Assembly (NCBI GenBank): GCA_023247795.1
Contig: JAHFFT010000009.1
Span: 578-64,577, forward strand
Length of the DNA stretch: 64,000 bases
Origin: Candidatus Omnitrophota bacterium
GTDB lineage: Bacteria; Omnitrophota; Gorgyraeia; Zapsychrales; JANLHA01
Reading direction: 5' to 3'
The notes under the pieces are model-generated. The model saw only the letters and a program-made list of their open reading frames with translations. It was not told the origin of the DNA and ran no database searches. Shown here in pieces: positions 17,553-27,160 of the stretch (the first letter of the stretch is position 1; every line of letters starts with the position of its first letter). A program made the position numbers and the translations under genes.

Positions 17553-18866
17553 ATGATCGCCCCTAAAGAAACAATTCATTTTATCAAAGATTTTGATTCT
17601 ACGCAAAACCGTCTTCAATCTGAAGATCCATCTTGGATAAAAAACTTGCGTAAAGTCAGTCTTAACCGTTTTCTAGAATGCGGAATTCCAACCAGCAAAG
17701 ATGAGGAGTGGAAATATACCAATGTGAGTGTTCTGAATGATCTCACATTGGCGATTGCCCATTCCGGCTCAATTCTGGAAAACAATCAACTGCAGAAATT
17801 CTTAGGGCCGGAAATCAATCTTGTCTTTGTTAATGGAAAATTCGTGAAAGAACTTTCCTATGCGGGGATCCCCGCAAAAGGACTGACCATCCGCTCCTGG
17901 CAGCAGGCCATCGAAAACGATGAAAAAATCATTGAGCAGCTGCTAAAAAAATATGACCTGCAAGCGCAGAAGCCCTTTGTGGCACTCAATCAAAGCCTTG
18001 CTCAAGAAGGCATATTTGTCGATGTGGCAGCGAACACGGCGATTCCATCACTGATCCATGTGGTGCATATCACCAGCTCCCAGGCTGGTGCCCTCTTTAC
18101 AACACCGCGATGCTTTATTCATCTGGGAAAATCAAGCGAGGCATCAATTGTCGAAACACACCTTTGTTTTAATAAGGACTTAAGTTATTTTTCAAATCCA
18201 TTAACCGATGTTTATCTTGATGAGAACGCGATCCTCCATTACAGTAAGGCCCAGAGTGAAAGTTTGAAGGCCTACCACATCGGGACCACCCGAGTCTGGC
18301 AGGAACGCAATTCCAGCTATTATGGATTTTCACTAAGCGTTGGGGCGGCCTTAACCCGCCATGATCTTGACATCATCCTCAATGGAGAAGGATGCCAATC
18401 AACCCTTAACGGCCTTTACGCCGTTGATAAGGCCCAGCACGTGGACAATCATACTTCCGTCGACCATCGCTTCCCCAATTGCACCAGCAACCAACTGTAT
18501 AAAGGGATTTTGAACGGCGCTGCCCGGGCAGTATTCAACGGAAAAATTTTTGTGCGACCGATTGCGCAATTGACCAATTCTTATCAACTCAATAAAAATC
18601 TGGTCCTTGGTCACAATTGCCGAGTTGATACCAAGCCGCAGCTTGAGATCTTTGCCGACGATGTCAAATGCACGCATGGGGCTACCATCGGGCAACTCAA
18701 CGAAGATGAACTTTTTTACTTGCAGACCCGCGCTATCCCTAAAAAACGGGCCGTCATCATGTTATCCCATGGTTTCGTTGATGACATCATCAATAAAGTT
18801 CAAAATCCTGCTGTCCAAAAAATATTTAACTCGTTGTTGGTTCCGGTTTTCCAGGCCTTAGAGTAA
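17553..18866 (+). CDS. sufD: Fe-S assembly protein SufD
   Basis: EEWKYT, KPQLEIFADDVKCTHGAT. Confidence 0.95.
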   Translation: MIAPKETIHFIKDFDSTQNRLQSEDPSWIKNLRKVSLNRFLECGIPTSKDEEWKYTNVSVLNDLTLAIAHSGSILENNQLQKFLGPEINLVFVNGKFVKELSYAGIPAKGLTIRSWQQAIENDEKIIEQLLKKYDLQAQKPFVALNQSLAQEGIFVDVAANTAIPSLIHVVHITSSQAGALFTTPRCFIHLGKSSEASIVETHLCFNKDLSYFSNPLTDVYLDENAILHYSKAQSESLKAYHIGTTRVWQERNSSYYGFSLSVGAALTRHDLDIILNGEGCQSTLNGLYAVDKAQHVDNHTSVDHRFPNCTSNQLYKGILNGAARAVFNGKIFVRPIAQLTNSYQLNKNLVLGHNCRVDTKPQLEIFADDVKCTHGATIGQLNEDELFYLQTRAIPKKRAVIMLSHGFVDDIINKVQNPAVQKIFNSLLVPVFQALE

Positions 18867-18884
18867 TCCCAAAAAGAGGTGTCT

Positions 18885-20105
18885 ATGCCTTTCGATATTC
18901 AGAAAATCAGAAAGGATTTTCCGAATTTAGCGGTTAACGTCAAGGGCCAGCCCATTACCTATTTGGACAACGCGGCAACCACCTTCAAACCCAAAAGCGT
19001 CATTAAGGCCGTTCACGAGTATTACACCACGGGCACGGCGAACGTTCATCGTGGTTTGCATGAACTGAGTGAGAAGGCAACCGCCCAATTCGAGGCGACC
19101 CGCGAGACGATCAAAACGTTTATCAATGCCCAAAAAATTTCCGAAATCATTCTGACCAAAGGTACCACCGAAGGTATCAATTTGGTCATGAATAGCTTTG
19201 GACGAGCGTTCCTTAAAAAAGGAGATGAAATCCTTGTTTCCGAAATGGAACATCATTCCAACATTGTTCCCTGGCAGATGTTATGCGAAGAAAAGGGCTG
19301 CTATTTGAAAGTCATCCCCATCAATGACAACGGCGATTTGGACATCGAACAATTCCATAAACTTCTAAACAAAAGAATAAAACTGATCAGCGTTGTTTAT
19401 GTCTCTAATTCCCTGGGCACTGTGAATCCGATTCAGACGATCATTCAAGAAGCGCGTCGTTTTAAAATCCCCGTTTTGATCGACGGGGCGCAAGCCGTCA
19501 GCCATTTTCCGATTGATGTGCAAGCCTTGGACTGTGATTTTTTTGTCTTCTCCGGACATAAGCTCTTTGGTCCGACCGGGGTTGGGGTTCTCTACGGCAA
19601 GGAGGAACTGCTCAATAAAATGCCTCCCTATCAAGGTGGAGGAGACATGATTGAAAGGGTCTCATTTGAGAAGACCACCTACAATATCCTCCCGCATAAA
19701 TTTGAAGCAGGAACGCCCAATATCGCCAGTGTCATTGGCTTGAAACCAGCCATGGAGTATCTGCAATCCATCGGATTTGCTGATATCATGGCCCATGAAG
19801 AAAAACTTTTAGCTTATGGAACACAGGTGTTAAAAAAAATAAAAGGCTTACGCATCATCGGCAACGCCCGTAAAAAGGTTCCTGTTTTTTCTTTTGATCT
19901 GAAAGGGATTCATGCCCAAGACATCGGGACATTGGTGAATGAAGAAGGGGTAGCGATCCGCACTGGCCATCATTGCACGATGCCGGTCATGCAGCACTTT
20001 GGCTTAAAGGCGACTTCCCGAGCGGCGCTGGCATTTTACAATACCAAAGAGGACATCGATCATTTGATCCATGCCCTTGGATCCGTAAAGAAAATCTTTG
20101 CCTAA
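18885..20105 (+). CDS. sufS: Cysteine desulfurase (group II)
   Basis: YLDNAAT, EHHSN, FSGHK, RTGHHC. Confidence 0.96.
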   Translation: MPFDIQKIRKDFPNLAVNVKGQPITYLDNAATTFKPKSVIKAVHEYYTTGTANVHRGLHELSEKATAQFEATRETIKTFINAQKISEIILTKGTTEGINLVMNSFGRAFLKKGDEILVSEMEHHSNIVPWQMLCEEKGCYLKVIPINDNGDLDIEQFHKLLNKRIKLISVVYVSNSLGTVNPIQTIIQEARRFKIPVLIDGAQAVSHFPIDVQALDCDFFVFSGHKLFGPTGVGVLYGKEELLNKMPPYQGGGDMIERVSFEKTTYNILPHKFEAGTPNIASVIGLKPAMEYLQSIGFADIMAHEEKLLAYGTQVLKKIKGLRIIGNARKKVPVFSFDLKGIHAQDIGTLVNEEGVAIRTGHHCTMPVMQHFGLKATSRAALAFYNTKEDIDHLIHALGSVKKIFA

Positions 20106-20108
20106 CCT

Positions 20109-20142
20109 TTCTCACCTCGCAGGTGCACCTGCGAGGTGAGAA
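20109..20142. repeat. Perfect 34-bp palindrome, REP-like doublet
   Basis: TTCTCACCTCGCAGGTG|CACCTGCGAGGTGAGAA; 18 bp recur exactly at 41891-41908. Confidence 0.85.
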
Positions 20143-20155
20143 TTCTGAGAATGAA

Positions 20156-21175
20156 ATGAACGTATTAACCGACCAACTAAACCGCCCTTTAAAAGATTTG
20201 CGAATCTCGGTGATTGACCGCTGCAATTTCCGCTGTCCTTACTGCATGCCGCAAGCGCAATATCATCAGCACTATGAATTCCTTAAAAATGAAGACTGGC
20301 TGCGTTTTGATGAAATCATTCGTTTAACAAAAATATTCACAACTCTGGGAGTTCATAAAGTGCGGCTCACCGGTGGCGAACCTTTACTGCGTCCGCAATT
20401 GCCCGAATTGATTCAAAAACTTGCACAAATCCAAAACATCGATGACTTAGCACTCACCACCAATGGTTCGCTGTTGGAAACTTACGCAAAAGAACTTAAA
20501 ACGGCCGGCTTACAGCGTCTCACAATCAGCCTTGATGCCTTGAATGAAACAACTTTTTTAGCGATGAGCGGTCAAAAGGGAAGCGCTCAACAAGTCTTGC
20601 GTGGGATTGAAAAAGCGCAGGAGATTGGTTTTGCTGATATCAAAATCAACATCGTGATCAAACGCGGGGTCAATGACCAACACTTCATGGACATTATCAA
20701 ATATTTTCGCGGCACCGGGATCATTGTCCGATTTATCGAATATATGGACGTAGGGACTTGCAACCATTGGGAGCAAAGCCAAGTCGTTGCTAACAAAGAA
20801 ATCCATACGGCTATCCATCAACAATTCCCGTTGCAGGCATTGGAAGCGAATTATTTCGGGGAAGTGGCTAAAAGGTATGCCTTCGCCGATGGGAGAGGCG
20901 AAATCGGTTTCATTTCCTCGGTGTCGCAACCCTTTTGTTCGGACTGTACGCGGTTACGACTATCCACCGATGGAAAAATTTACACTTGCCTCTTTGCGAG
21001 TGAAGGTGTTGATTTACGAACCCCCTTGCGGGAAGGGGCCGCCGACGAGGAATTATTGCAGATCATTAAAAACTGCTGGCAAAAGCGCAGCGATCAATAT
21101 TCCGAAAACCGCAGTCTTTTGCGATCGTTAAAGTCGCCAAGACAAAAAATCGAAATGTACAAAATAGGCGGTTAA
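20156..21175 (+). CDS. moaA: GTP 3',8-cyclase
   Basis: LRISVIDRCNFRCPYC, TGGEP, FCSDCTRLRL...C, C-terminal IGG; start at ATG 20156. Confidence 0.96.
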   Translation: MNVLTDQLNRPLKDLRISVIDRCNFRCPYCMPQAQYHQHYEFLKNEDWLRFDEIIRLTKIFTTLGVHKVRLTGGEPLLRPQLPELIQKLAQIQNIDDLALTTNGSLLETYAKELKTAGLQRLTISLDALNETTFLAMSGQKGSAQQVLRGIEKAQEIGFADIKINIVIKRGVNDQHFMDIIKYFRGTGIIVRFIEYMDVGTCNHWEQSQVVANKEIHTAIHQQFPLQALEANYFGEVAKRYAFADGRGEIGFISSVSQPFCSDCTRLRLSTDGKIYTCLFASEGVDLRTPLREGAADEELLQIIKNCWQKRSDQYSENRSLLRSLKSPRQKIEMYKIGG

Positions 21176-22149
21176 AACGATAAGGGGACGTCTTTCAACT
21201 CCTCCCGCTCAATAGCAAAATTTCCGATAAATCTGACCTCCCGTACCAAATCAAAACCAAAATTCTTTTTGACCAATACCTGCATTTTCCAAGTCAAATC
21301 AAAGACGTTTTGCGCTGTGCATTTTTGCTTCTTGACGATGATGTTCGCGTGTTTGCGATAAATCGCGGCCCCGCCGCAACGCAGTTTCTTTCCACCAACC
21401 TGTTCCAAAAACCATCCGGCAGCCTGTCGCCTTTGCGCCTTCGACGTCGGTTCGATATTTCGAAAAATGCTTCCAGCGCAAGGTTCCTGCCTGAGATCCG
21501 GATGTTTTGAATGCCGCAACTCTAAAAATTCTCGTCGCTCTTGAAGTAATTGAGTTGAGTCGCCGCGTTGCAACCCCAAAACAGCTTCGATCACAACGTC
21601 ATTACTTTCCTTCAAATTGGAATGGCGATAAGCAAACCCCAAATCTTTTGGCTCAACCATTTTGATTTTGCCAGATGGGTCCAATAGTTTAACACTGACA
21701 ACGCGATCACCGATCTGTTGGCCAAAAGCACCGGCGTTGCCAACGATAGCGCCTCCGACGGTGCCAGGGATACCGGAGGCGCAATTGATTCCCTCCAAAC
21801 CCTGTGTGGCCGCAAAGACCGCTAAATCATCCAGCGAAGTGCTCGCACTGACTTTGACCTTGTTTCCTGTCCTTTTAATGATGGGTGTTGTTGTCACGTA
21901 ACGGACCACCGCACGGCCGATCCCTTCATCGGAAATGATCAAATTCGAACCCCCGCCCATAAGAAAGAAGGGGAGCTTATGTTTGTGTAAAAAGCGAATG
22001 GTTAAAATCAGCTCTTCGGGTGTTTGGCAGTTGATGAGACACGGACACTTTCCGCCAAGTTTGAATGTTGTCCATTTAGAAAGCGGGCTGTTCCAAAGGA
22101 CCGGAATGTAAAAATTTGAAAAAATTTTGCGATCAATCCATGTTTTCAT
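21172..22149 (-). CDS. murB: UDP-N-acetylmuramate dehydrogenase
   Basis: GGGSN, IPGTVGGA..GNAGA, FAYRHS, AGSIFRN, HANII, EVR. Confidence 0.93.
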   Translation of the reverse strand: MKTWIDRKIFSNFYIPVLWNSPLSKWTTFKLGGKCPCLINCQTPEELILTIRFLHKHKLPFFLMGGGSNLIISDEGIGRAVVRYVTTTPIIKRTGNKVKVSASTSLDDLAVFAATQGLEGINCASGIPGTVGGAIVGNAGAFGQQIGDRVVSVKLLDPSGKIKMVEPKDLGFAYRHSNLKESNDVVIEAVLGLQRGDSTQLLQERREFLELRHSKHPDLRQEPCAGSIFRNIEPTSKAQRRQAAGWFLEQVGGKKLRCGGAAIYRKHANIIVKKQKCTAQNVFDLTWKMQVLVKKNFGFDLVREVRFIGNFAIEREELKDVPLSF

Positions 22150-23693
22150 GTCGAAGAAGAATGTTCAAAATAATATTTGATGGCTGGCACACCGTTGCTG
22201 ATTGAAAAAGCATTCGTGATCCCTTGCTCATGCAACAATTCAACGATATGCAAACTTCGCACGCCGCCGGCACAAAAAATCAAGTATTGTTTTTTGGGAT
22301 CAAAGGCAAACTGCCATTGCTCAAACTCACTCATCGGCAGATGCTGCGTTTTGATCATATTGACCGGTTCCATAAACAATTCTTGTTCTTCTCGGATATC
22401 AATGAACTCATACTGCGACCAATCCTTCAAAGGGATGTTTGACAAATCAACTTCAAGTGACATAACCGGCACCTCACTTTCATAATTTTGCGCCTCGATA
22501 GACGTGATGGTTGGTGTTGCCCCGCACAACGGGCAGGCCACTTGCGGGGATACTGTTAGCGATTGAATCTGATTTGTTTGAAAATTGATCATCAACACTC
22601 GATCCACCAACAAATCATTTGACCCAAGAAAATATTTCAATGCCTCTAAGGCCTGCCAATGACCGACGATGTTGGGAACCACCCCGATCACTCCGGCCTC
22701 AACACAGTTGCCAACACATTCCGGCTGCGGAATTATTTGCCAGAGACAGCGCAAGCACGTTTTACTTTGACCGGGATAATAGGTGTGGATTTCTCCATCC
22801 CATTGATAAATGTTGGCCTGGATCAGGACCTTTTTAGAAAGATATGCCGCGTCGTTCAAAAGATATTTGCTTTTAAAATTGTCAGTGCAGTCAAGAATGC
22901 AGTCGTAATTTTCAATGACCTCATGGATATTGCTTGCGGAAAGGCAAACCGGATGGGAGAGGACCCGAATAAAAGGATTCATTTTTTTAAGCCGGCCAAC
23001 TGCCAATTCAATTTTGGATTTTCCTACATCATTGGCCGAATAAAGGGCCTGGCGATGGAGATTATGGATTTCTAACGTGTCGAATTCGCAAATCCCAATG
23101 GTGCCAACACCGGCCTCGGCCAACGAAGTCAACGCCGCGCACCCCAGACCTCCGGCCCCAACGACCAAGACCCTAGCTTCTTGCAAACGCTTTTGTCCGG
23201 GATCACCGATTTCTTTCAATGCCGTTTGCCTAGAATAATACTGCTCCTTTTCAGGAACTGTTGAAAAAATATCCTTACTTTGAGTTTCACAATTCACCCA
23301 ACCTGAGTCACCATCACTATAAAACTCTTTTTTCCAAATCGGCAAACGAATTTTGATTTCATCAATGAGAAATCGACAGGCCCTAAAAGCCGCGTCACGA
23401 TGCTGCGCGCTCACTGCGATCCACACAGCAATATCACCGACCTGCAAATGACCGGTCCGATGCGCAATAACAATTTTCTGAACTGAAAATTTTTCTTCGG
23501 CTTCATAAATGATCTGCTGAGCTTGGGGCCGGCACAATTCAGGATAGGCATCATACTCTAAGGACTTAACATCTCGGCCGTTGTTAGAGTTGCGAACAAC
23601 GCCCTCGAAAAAGACAAATCCTCCCGCACGATCATCTTTAAATAACTTACGGTAGTCTTGAGGAAGAATGGGTTTTTCGGTGAGTTCAAACAT
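22146..23693 (-). CDS. MoaE-MoeB/ThiF-rhodanese fusion protein
   Basis: MoaE (FEGVVR, HRTGHL, PIWKKE); MoeB (YSRQ, GAGGLG, NLHRQ, DCTDN, CLRC, CPLC); rhodanese (IDIRE, FCAGGVRS). Confidence 0.92.
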   Translation of the reverse strand: MFELTEKPILPQDYRKLFKDDRAGGFVFFEGVVRNSNNGRDVKSLEYDAYPELCRPQAQQIIYEAEEKFSVQKIVIAHRTGHLQVGDIAVWIAVSAQHRDAAFRACRFLIDEIKIRLPIWKKEFYSDGDSGWVNCETQSKDIFSTVPEKEQYYSRQTALKEIGDPGQKRLQEARVLVVGAGGLGCAALTSLAEAGVGTIGICEFDTLEIHNLHRQALYSANDVGKSKIELAVGRLKKMNPFIRVLSHPVCLSASNIHEVIENYDCILDCTDNFKSKYLLNDAAYLSKKVLIQANIYQWDGEIHTYYPGQSKTCLRCLWQIIPQPECVGNCVEAGVIGVVPNIVGHWQALEALKYFLGSNDLLVDRVLMINFQTNQIQSLTVSPQVACPLCGATPTITSIEAQNYESEVPVMSLEVDLSNIPLKDWSQYEFIDIREEQELFMEPVNMIKTQHLPMSEFEQWQFAFDPKKQYLIFCAGGVRSLHIVELLHEQGITNAFSISNGVPAIKYYFEHSSST

Positions 23694-23709
23694 ATTTTAT
23701 TGAAAAAAT

Positions 23710-23964
23710 TTAAAATGTGATTTTAACAATACCACTTTTGATCGAACATTGGCAACCCAGGCGGTTATTACGGTCCATGCCAAGGTCTTGTTCTTCCTGA
23801 TTCAGTTCGCCAAGATTATCCGCGCCTTCAATGATTTCAATCTGGCAAGTCCCACAAACCCCGGAGTTGCAACTGAAGGGGATGCCGGCCTTTTGACAAA
23901 TGTCATCGATCTGTTTCCCATCCTGCGCGTCGTATTCAATATTGTCGATAATGACTTTTGCCAT
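23710..23964 (-). CDS. 2Fe-2S ferredoxin
   Basis: FSCNSGVCGTC...RLGCQ. Confidence 0.92.
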   Translation of the reverse strand: MAKVIIDNIEYDAQDGKQIDDICQKAGIPFSCNSGVCGTCQIEIIEGADNLGELNQEEQDLGMDRNNRLGCQCSIKSGIVKITF

Positions 23965-23975
23965 AATGACCTCTT

Positions 23976-24908
23976 CTAAACCAACGCCTCTAAGCCAGGC
24001 AATTTAAAAATGATGTTCTTCTCTGGATTTTCAAAGGAATGGACTTGAACAACTTCGTTAGTCGCTTTGATCCGTTCAATCAATTCATCGACGATGAAGC
24101 GAGGAACGGAGGCCCCGGAACTGATGCCAATCCGCTTTTTACCGTTAAGGATGGACAAATCCAATTCTTCGGCCCGGTCAATGATATAACTGGGGACACC
24201 TTCATTCGCCCCGGTTTCTCGCAGGCGGTTGCTGTTGGAACTGTTCGGCGAACCGCAAATGATGATCAAATCACACACCCGTGCTAATTCTTTGACCGAA
24301 TCCTGACGATTTTGAGTGGCATAACAAATATCCGAACGCGCCGGACCTTCCAACTTTGGGAATTTCCTTTTCAATTTTGCAATGATCCCTTTGGTCTCAT
24401 CAACTGACAAAGTGGTTTGGGTTAGGTACCCAACGGGTGTCTCGCTAGGGATGTCCAATTGCTCCACATCTTGCTCATTTTCGATGATGTAAAGATACTT
24501 CGGGTTAACGTACCCAGCGGTCCCAATCAATTCCTGATGGCCTTTATGGCCAATGAGAATCGTGGCCCGCTGCTGAAAAGAAAATTTAACAGCTTCCTTA
24601 TGCACCTTGGTGACCAAAGGACAGGTGGCATCAACAAATTTCAGATTTCGCTTTTTAGCACTGTTGATCACCTCGGGAGGAACTCCGTGCGCACTTAAGA
24701 TCACGCGAGCCCCTTCTGGGATATCGTTGATATCATCCACAAAAATAACACCACGGCCGCGAAAGTCACTCACCACAAATGTGTTATGAACAATCTCATG
24801 GTAAACATAAAGGGGCGCGCCAAAACGTTCTAACGCCTGTTCAACCATTTCCACGGCATTGGCAACACCGGCGCAAAAACCTTGCGATCGGGCGAGAAAA
24901 ATTTCCAT
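23976..24908 (-). CDS. ispH: 4-hydroxy-3-methylbut-2-enyl diphosphate reductase
   Basis: GFCAGV, SAHG, DATCPLV, QTT, ICYAT, SSNS. Confidence 0.97.
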   Translation of the reverse strand: MEIFLARSQGFCAGVANAVEMVEQALERFGAPLYVYHEIVHNTFVVSDFRGRGVIFVDDINDIPEGARVILSAHGVPPEVINSAKKRNLKFVDATCPLVTKVHKEAVKFSFQQRATILIGHKGHQELIGTAGYVNPKYLYIIENEQDVEQLDIPSETPVGYLTQTTLSVDETKGIIAKLKRKFPKLEGPARSDICYATQNRQDSVKELARVCDLIIICGSPNSSNSNRLRETGANEGVPSYIIDRAEELDLSILNGKKRIGISSGASVPRFIVDELIERIKATNEVVQVHSFENPEKNIIFKLPGLEALV

Positions 24909-24998
24909 AAATTCAGTCTTTTCGTTAAAATTGTTTGTGTTGCAAGACGAGCAAGAATTCTCTATAATTTGGGGTAATTATAACATGCCGCATACAAA

Positions 24999-26258
24999 AT
25001 GCAAAGAAAAACAGGCTTAAGAAAGGTAACAATGGACTTGAAAGCTCGTCGTCAAACTCCTGAAGTAAAGGTGGGGAAGGTCCGTATCGGCAACAGTTGT
25101 CCGATCGTGATTCAGTCGATGACCGATACACCCACGTCGGATATCGAGGCCAGTCTAAAACAGACAATCGAACTGATTGAAGCCGGGTCAGAAATGGTAC
25201 GACTCACCGTTAACAACGATGAGGCTGCGGCAGCGATCCCGCACATTCGAAAACGTCTGAAAGATCAAGGCTATCAAACTCCACTGATTGGCGACTTTCA
25301 CTTCAACGGACATACGCTCTTACGCAAACACCCTGATTGCGCCAAGGCATTGGACAAATACCGGATCAACCCAGGGAACGTCGGCAAAGCCAACCGTCAC
25401 GATGAGAATTTCAGCCAGATCATTAAAATCGCCATCGAGCATGATAAACCAGTGCGGATCGGGGTCAACTGGGGGTCACTTGACCAGGAGCTTCTAACGC
25501 ACTTGATGGATGAAAACGCGAAGTTGGCAGTCCCAAATGACTTTAAAGAAGTGACTTATGCGGCGATGATTCAAAGTGCTTTAACAAGCGCTCAACTCGC
25601 CCAAAAACTCGGCATGGAAAAAAATAAAATCATTTTGAGTGTCAAGATGTCGGTGCTGCAGGATATGGTGACTGTTTATTCGCGGCTGGCAGAGCGATGC
25701 GATTATGCCATGCATTTAGGTTTGACCGAGGCCGGGGCTGATATGCAAGGGATATCATCCAGTTCGGCAGCCTTGGGGATTTTGCTGCAGCAGGGAATAG
25801 GAGACACCATCCGAGTATCGTTGACACCACAGCCACAGGTGCCCCGTTCGCGGGAAGTTGAAATCTGCAAAACCATTCTGCAATCGCTGGGACTGCGTTA
25901 CTTCAAGCCAAGTGTGACCAGCTGCCCAGGTTGTGGACGGACCAGCAGCGATTATTTCCAATACCTCGCCCGCGACATCAATGAACACATCTTACGCGAA
26001 ATGCCGAAGTGGAAAAACGAATTTCCTGGTGTTGAGCGTCTGAAAATCGCGGTCATGGGCTGTGTGGTCAATGGCCCTGGAGAAAGCCGGCACGCGGACA
26101 TCGGCATCAGTCTTCCTGGGAGTTTTGAAAAGCCTGTTGCACCCGTCTACGTCGACGGTAAAGAACACTCGACCCTCAAAGGGGAAGGCATTAAAGATGA
26201 GTTCATTGCCCTTTTGGAAAATTACATAAGAACACGATTTTCGATCACAAAACCATAA
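24999..26258 (+). CDS. ispG: (E)-4-hydroxy-3-methylbut-2-enyl diphosphate synthase
   Basis: IQSMT, RINPGN, HLGLTEAG, CPGCGR, MGCVVNGPGE. Confidence 0.97.
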   Translation: MQRKTGLRKVTMDLKARRQTPEVKVGKVRIGNSCPIVIQSMTDTPTSDIEASLKQTIELIEAGSEMVRLTVNNDEAAAAIPHIRKRLKDQGYQTPLIGDFHFNGHTLLRKHPDCAKALDKYRINPGNVGKANRHDENFSQIIKIAIEHDKPVRIGVNWGSLDQELLTHLMDENAKLAVPNDFKEVTYAAMIQSALTSAQLAQKLGMEKNKIILSVKMSVLQDMVTVYSRLAERCDYAMHLGLTEAGADMQGISSSSAALGILLQQGIGDTIRVSLTPQPQVPRSREVEICKTILQSLGLRYFKPSVTSCPGCGRTSSDYFQYLARDINEHILREMPKWKNEFPGVERLKIAVMGCVVNGPGESRHADIGISLPGSFEKPVAPVYVDGKEHSTLKGEGIKDEFIALLENYIRTRFSITKP

Positions 26259-26662
26259 TGCGCATTTTCATCATCATCATCTTAGTTTTATCACTGACCG
26301 TTTTATTTTCTATCCAATCGCAAAAATCAAAATGCTTACCCGTCGCCGAACAATTGATTCAAATTAAAATCCAAGAATTAAAAAATTTGGGATTCGCAAC
26401 CCTGCTGAGCAAACTCGACACGGGTTATGAATACGATGACAAAACCATTGATAACGTCACTTATGAATTCCGTTATCTGGTTAAACTACCTAATGAAAAT
26501 GAGCTGGATGGACAGGTGAGCAATATCGCGTCAAGAATGGCGAATAAGGATGGAATTATTCATACTATCGAGGTTAGCGGACAGGTGAATTGCATTGAAA
26601 TCCTTCCCTTTGTCGGGCTTAAAACCGGACCAAAATTCAACATTTTGGTGACCGATCAATAA
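26258..26662 (+). CDS. Hypothetical exported/membrane-anchored protein
   Basis: N-terminal hydrophobic segment; start overlaps the ispG stop; no recognisable motif. Confidence 0.6.
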   Translation: MRIFIIIILVLSLTVLFSIQSQKSKCLPVAEQLIQIKIQELKNLGFATLLSKLDTGYEYDDKTIDNVTYEFRYLVKLPNENELDGQVSNIASRMANKDGIIHTIEVSGQVNCIEILPFVGLKTGPKFNILVTDQ

Positions 26663-26663
26663 T

Positions 26664-27140
26664 TCATAATACTTTAAGAGCTGAAAGGACTTCCTGATTG
26701 TGACCTTGGGGAGTCACTTTCTCAAAAATATTTTTGATCTTTCCGTCTTTACCAATGATAAAAGTCGACCGCGCCACACCCATATATTTGCGGCCGTACA
26801 TGGATTTTTCGACCCAAACCCCATAATCTTGACATATTTTTTTCTGCTCGTCGCTCAATAAAGTGAATGGCAATTGGAATTTGGCAATGAACTTGGTGTG
26901 TTTTTCGGCGGAATCCGGACTGACGCCTAGCACAACCGCATCGATCTTCTCAAATGATTTGATTTCATCACGAAAACCGCAGGCCTCAACCGTACAGCCT
27001 GGGGTGTCATCCTTGGGATAAAAATAAAGAACAACGTTTTTTTGTTTGAAAAAATCTTTAAGCGAAACAATTTTCCCATCTTGGTCTGGGGTCGAAAAAG
27101 ATGGGGCTGGATCACCAATTTTTATTTTCATTTTATCCAT
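26664..27140 (-). CDS. bcp: Thioredoxin-dependent peroxiredoxin Bcp
   Basis: YFYPKDDTPGCTVEAC, MYGRKYMG. Confidence 0.95.
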   Translation of the reverse strand: MDKMKIKIGDPAPSFSTPDQDGKIVSLKDFFKQKNVVLYFYPKDDTPGCTVEACGFRDEIKSFEKIDAVVLGVSPDSAEKHTKFIAKFQLPFTLLSDEQKKICQDYGVWVEKSMYGRKYMGVARSTFIIGKDGKIKNIFEKVTPQGHNQEVLSALKVL

Positions 27141-27160
27141 TTATTTTTGGGGGATAGTCC

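Noticed and set aside
20109-20142. CRISPR repeat
   Set aside because: No array of repeats with spacers and no cas genes.
19973-20155. 61-aa N-terminal extension of MoaA in the ORF track
   Set aside because: It overlaps sufS and the palindrome; MoaA homology begins at ATG 20156. The same reasoning applies to the extended starts given for pcd (14320), rpsI (38128), argB (40909), argH (45146) and metX (9833).
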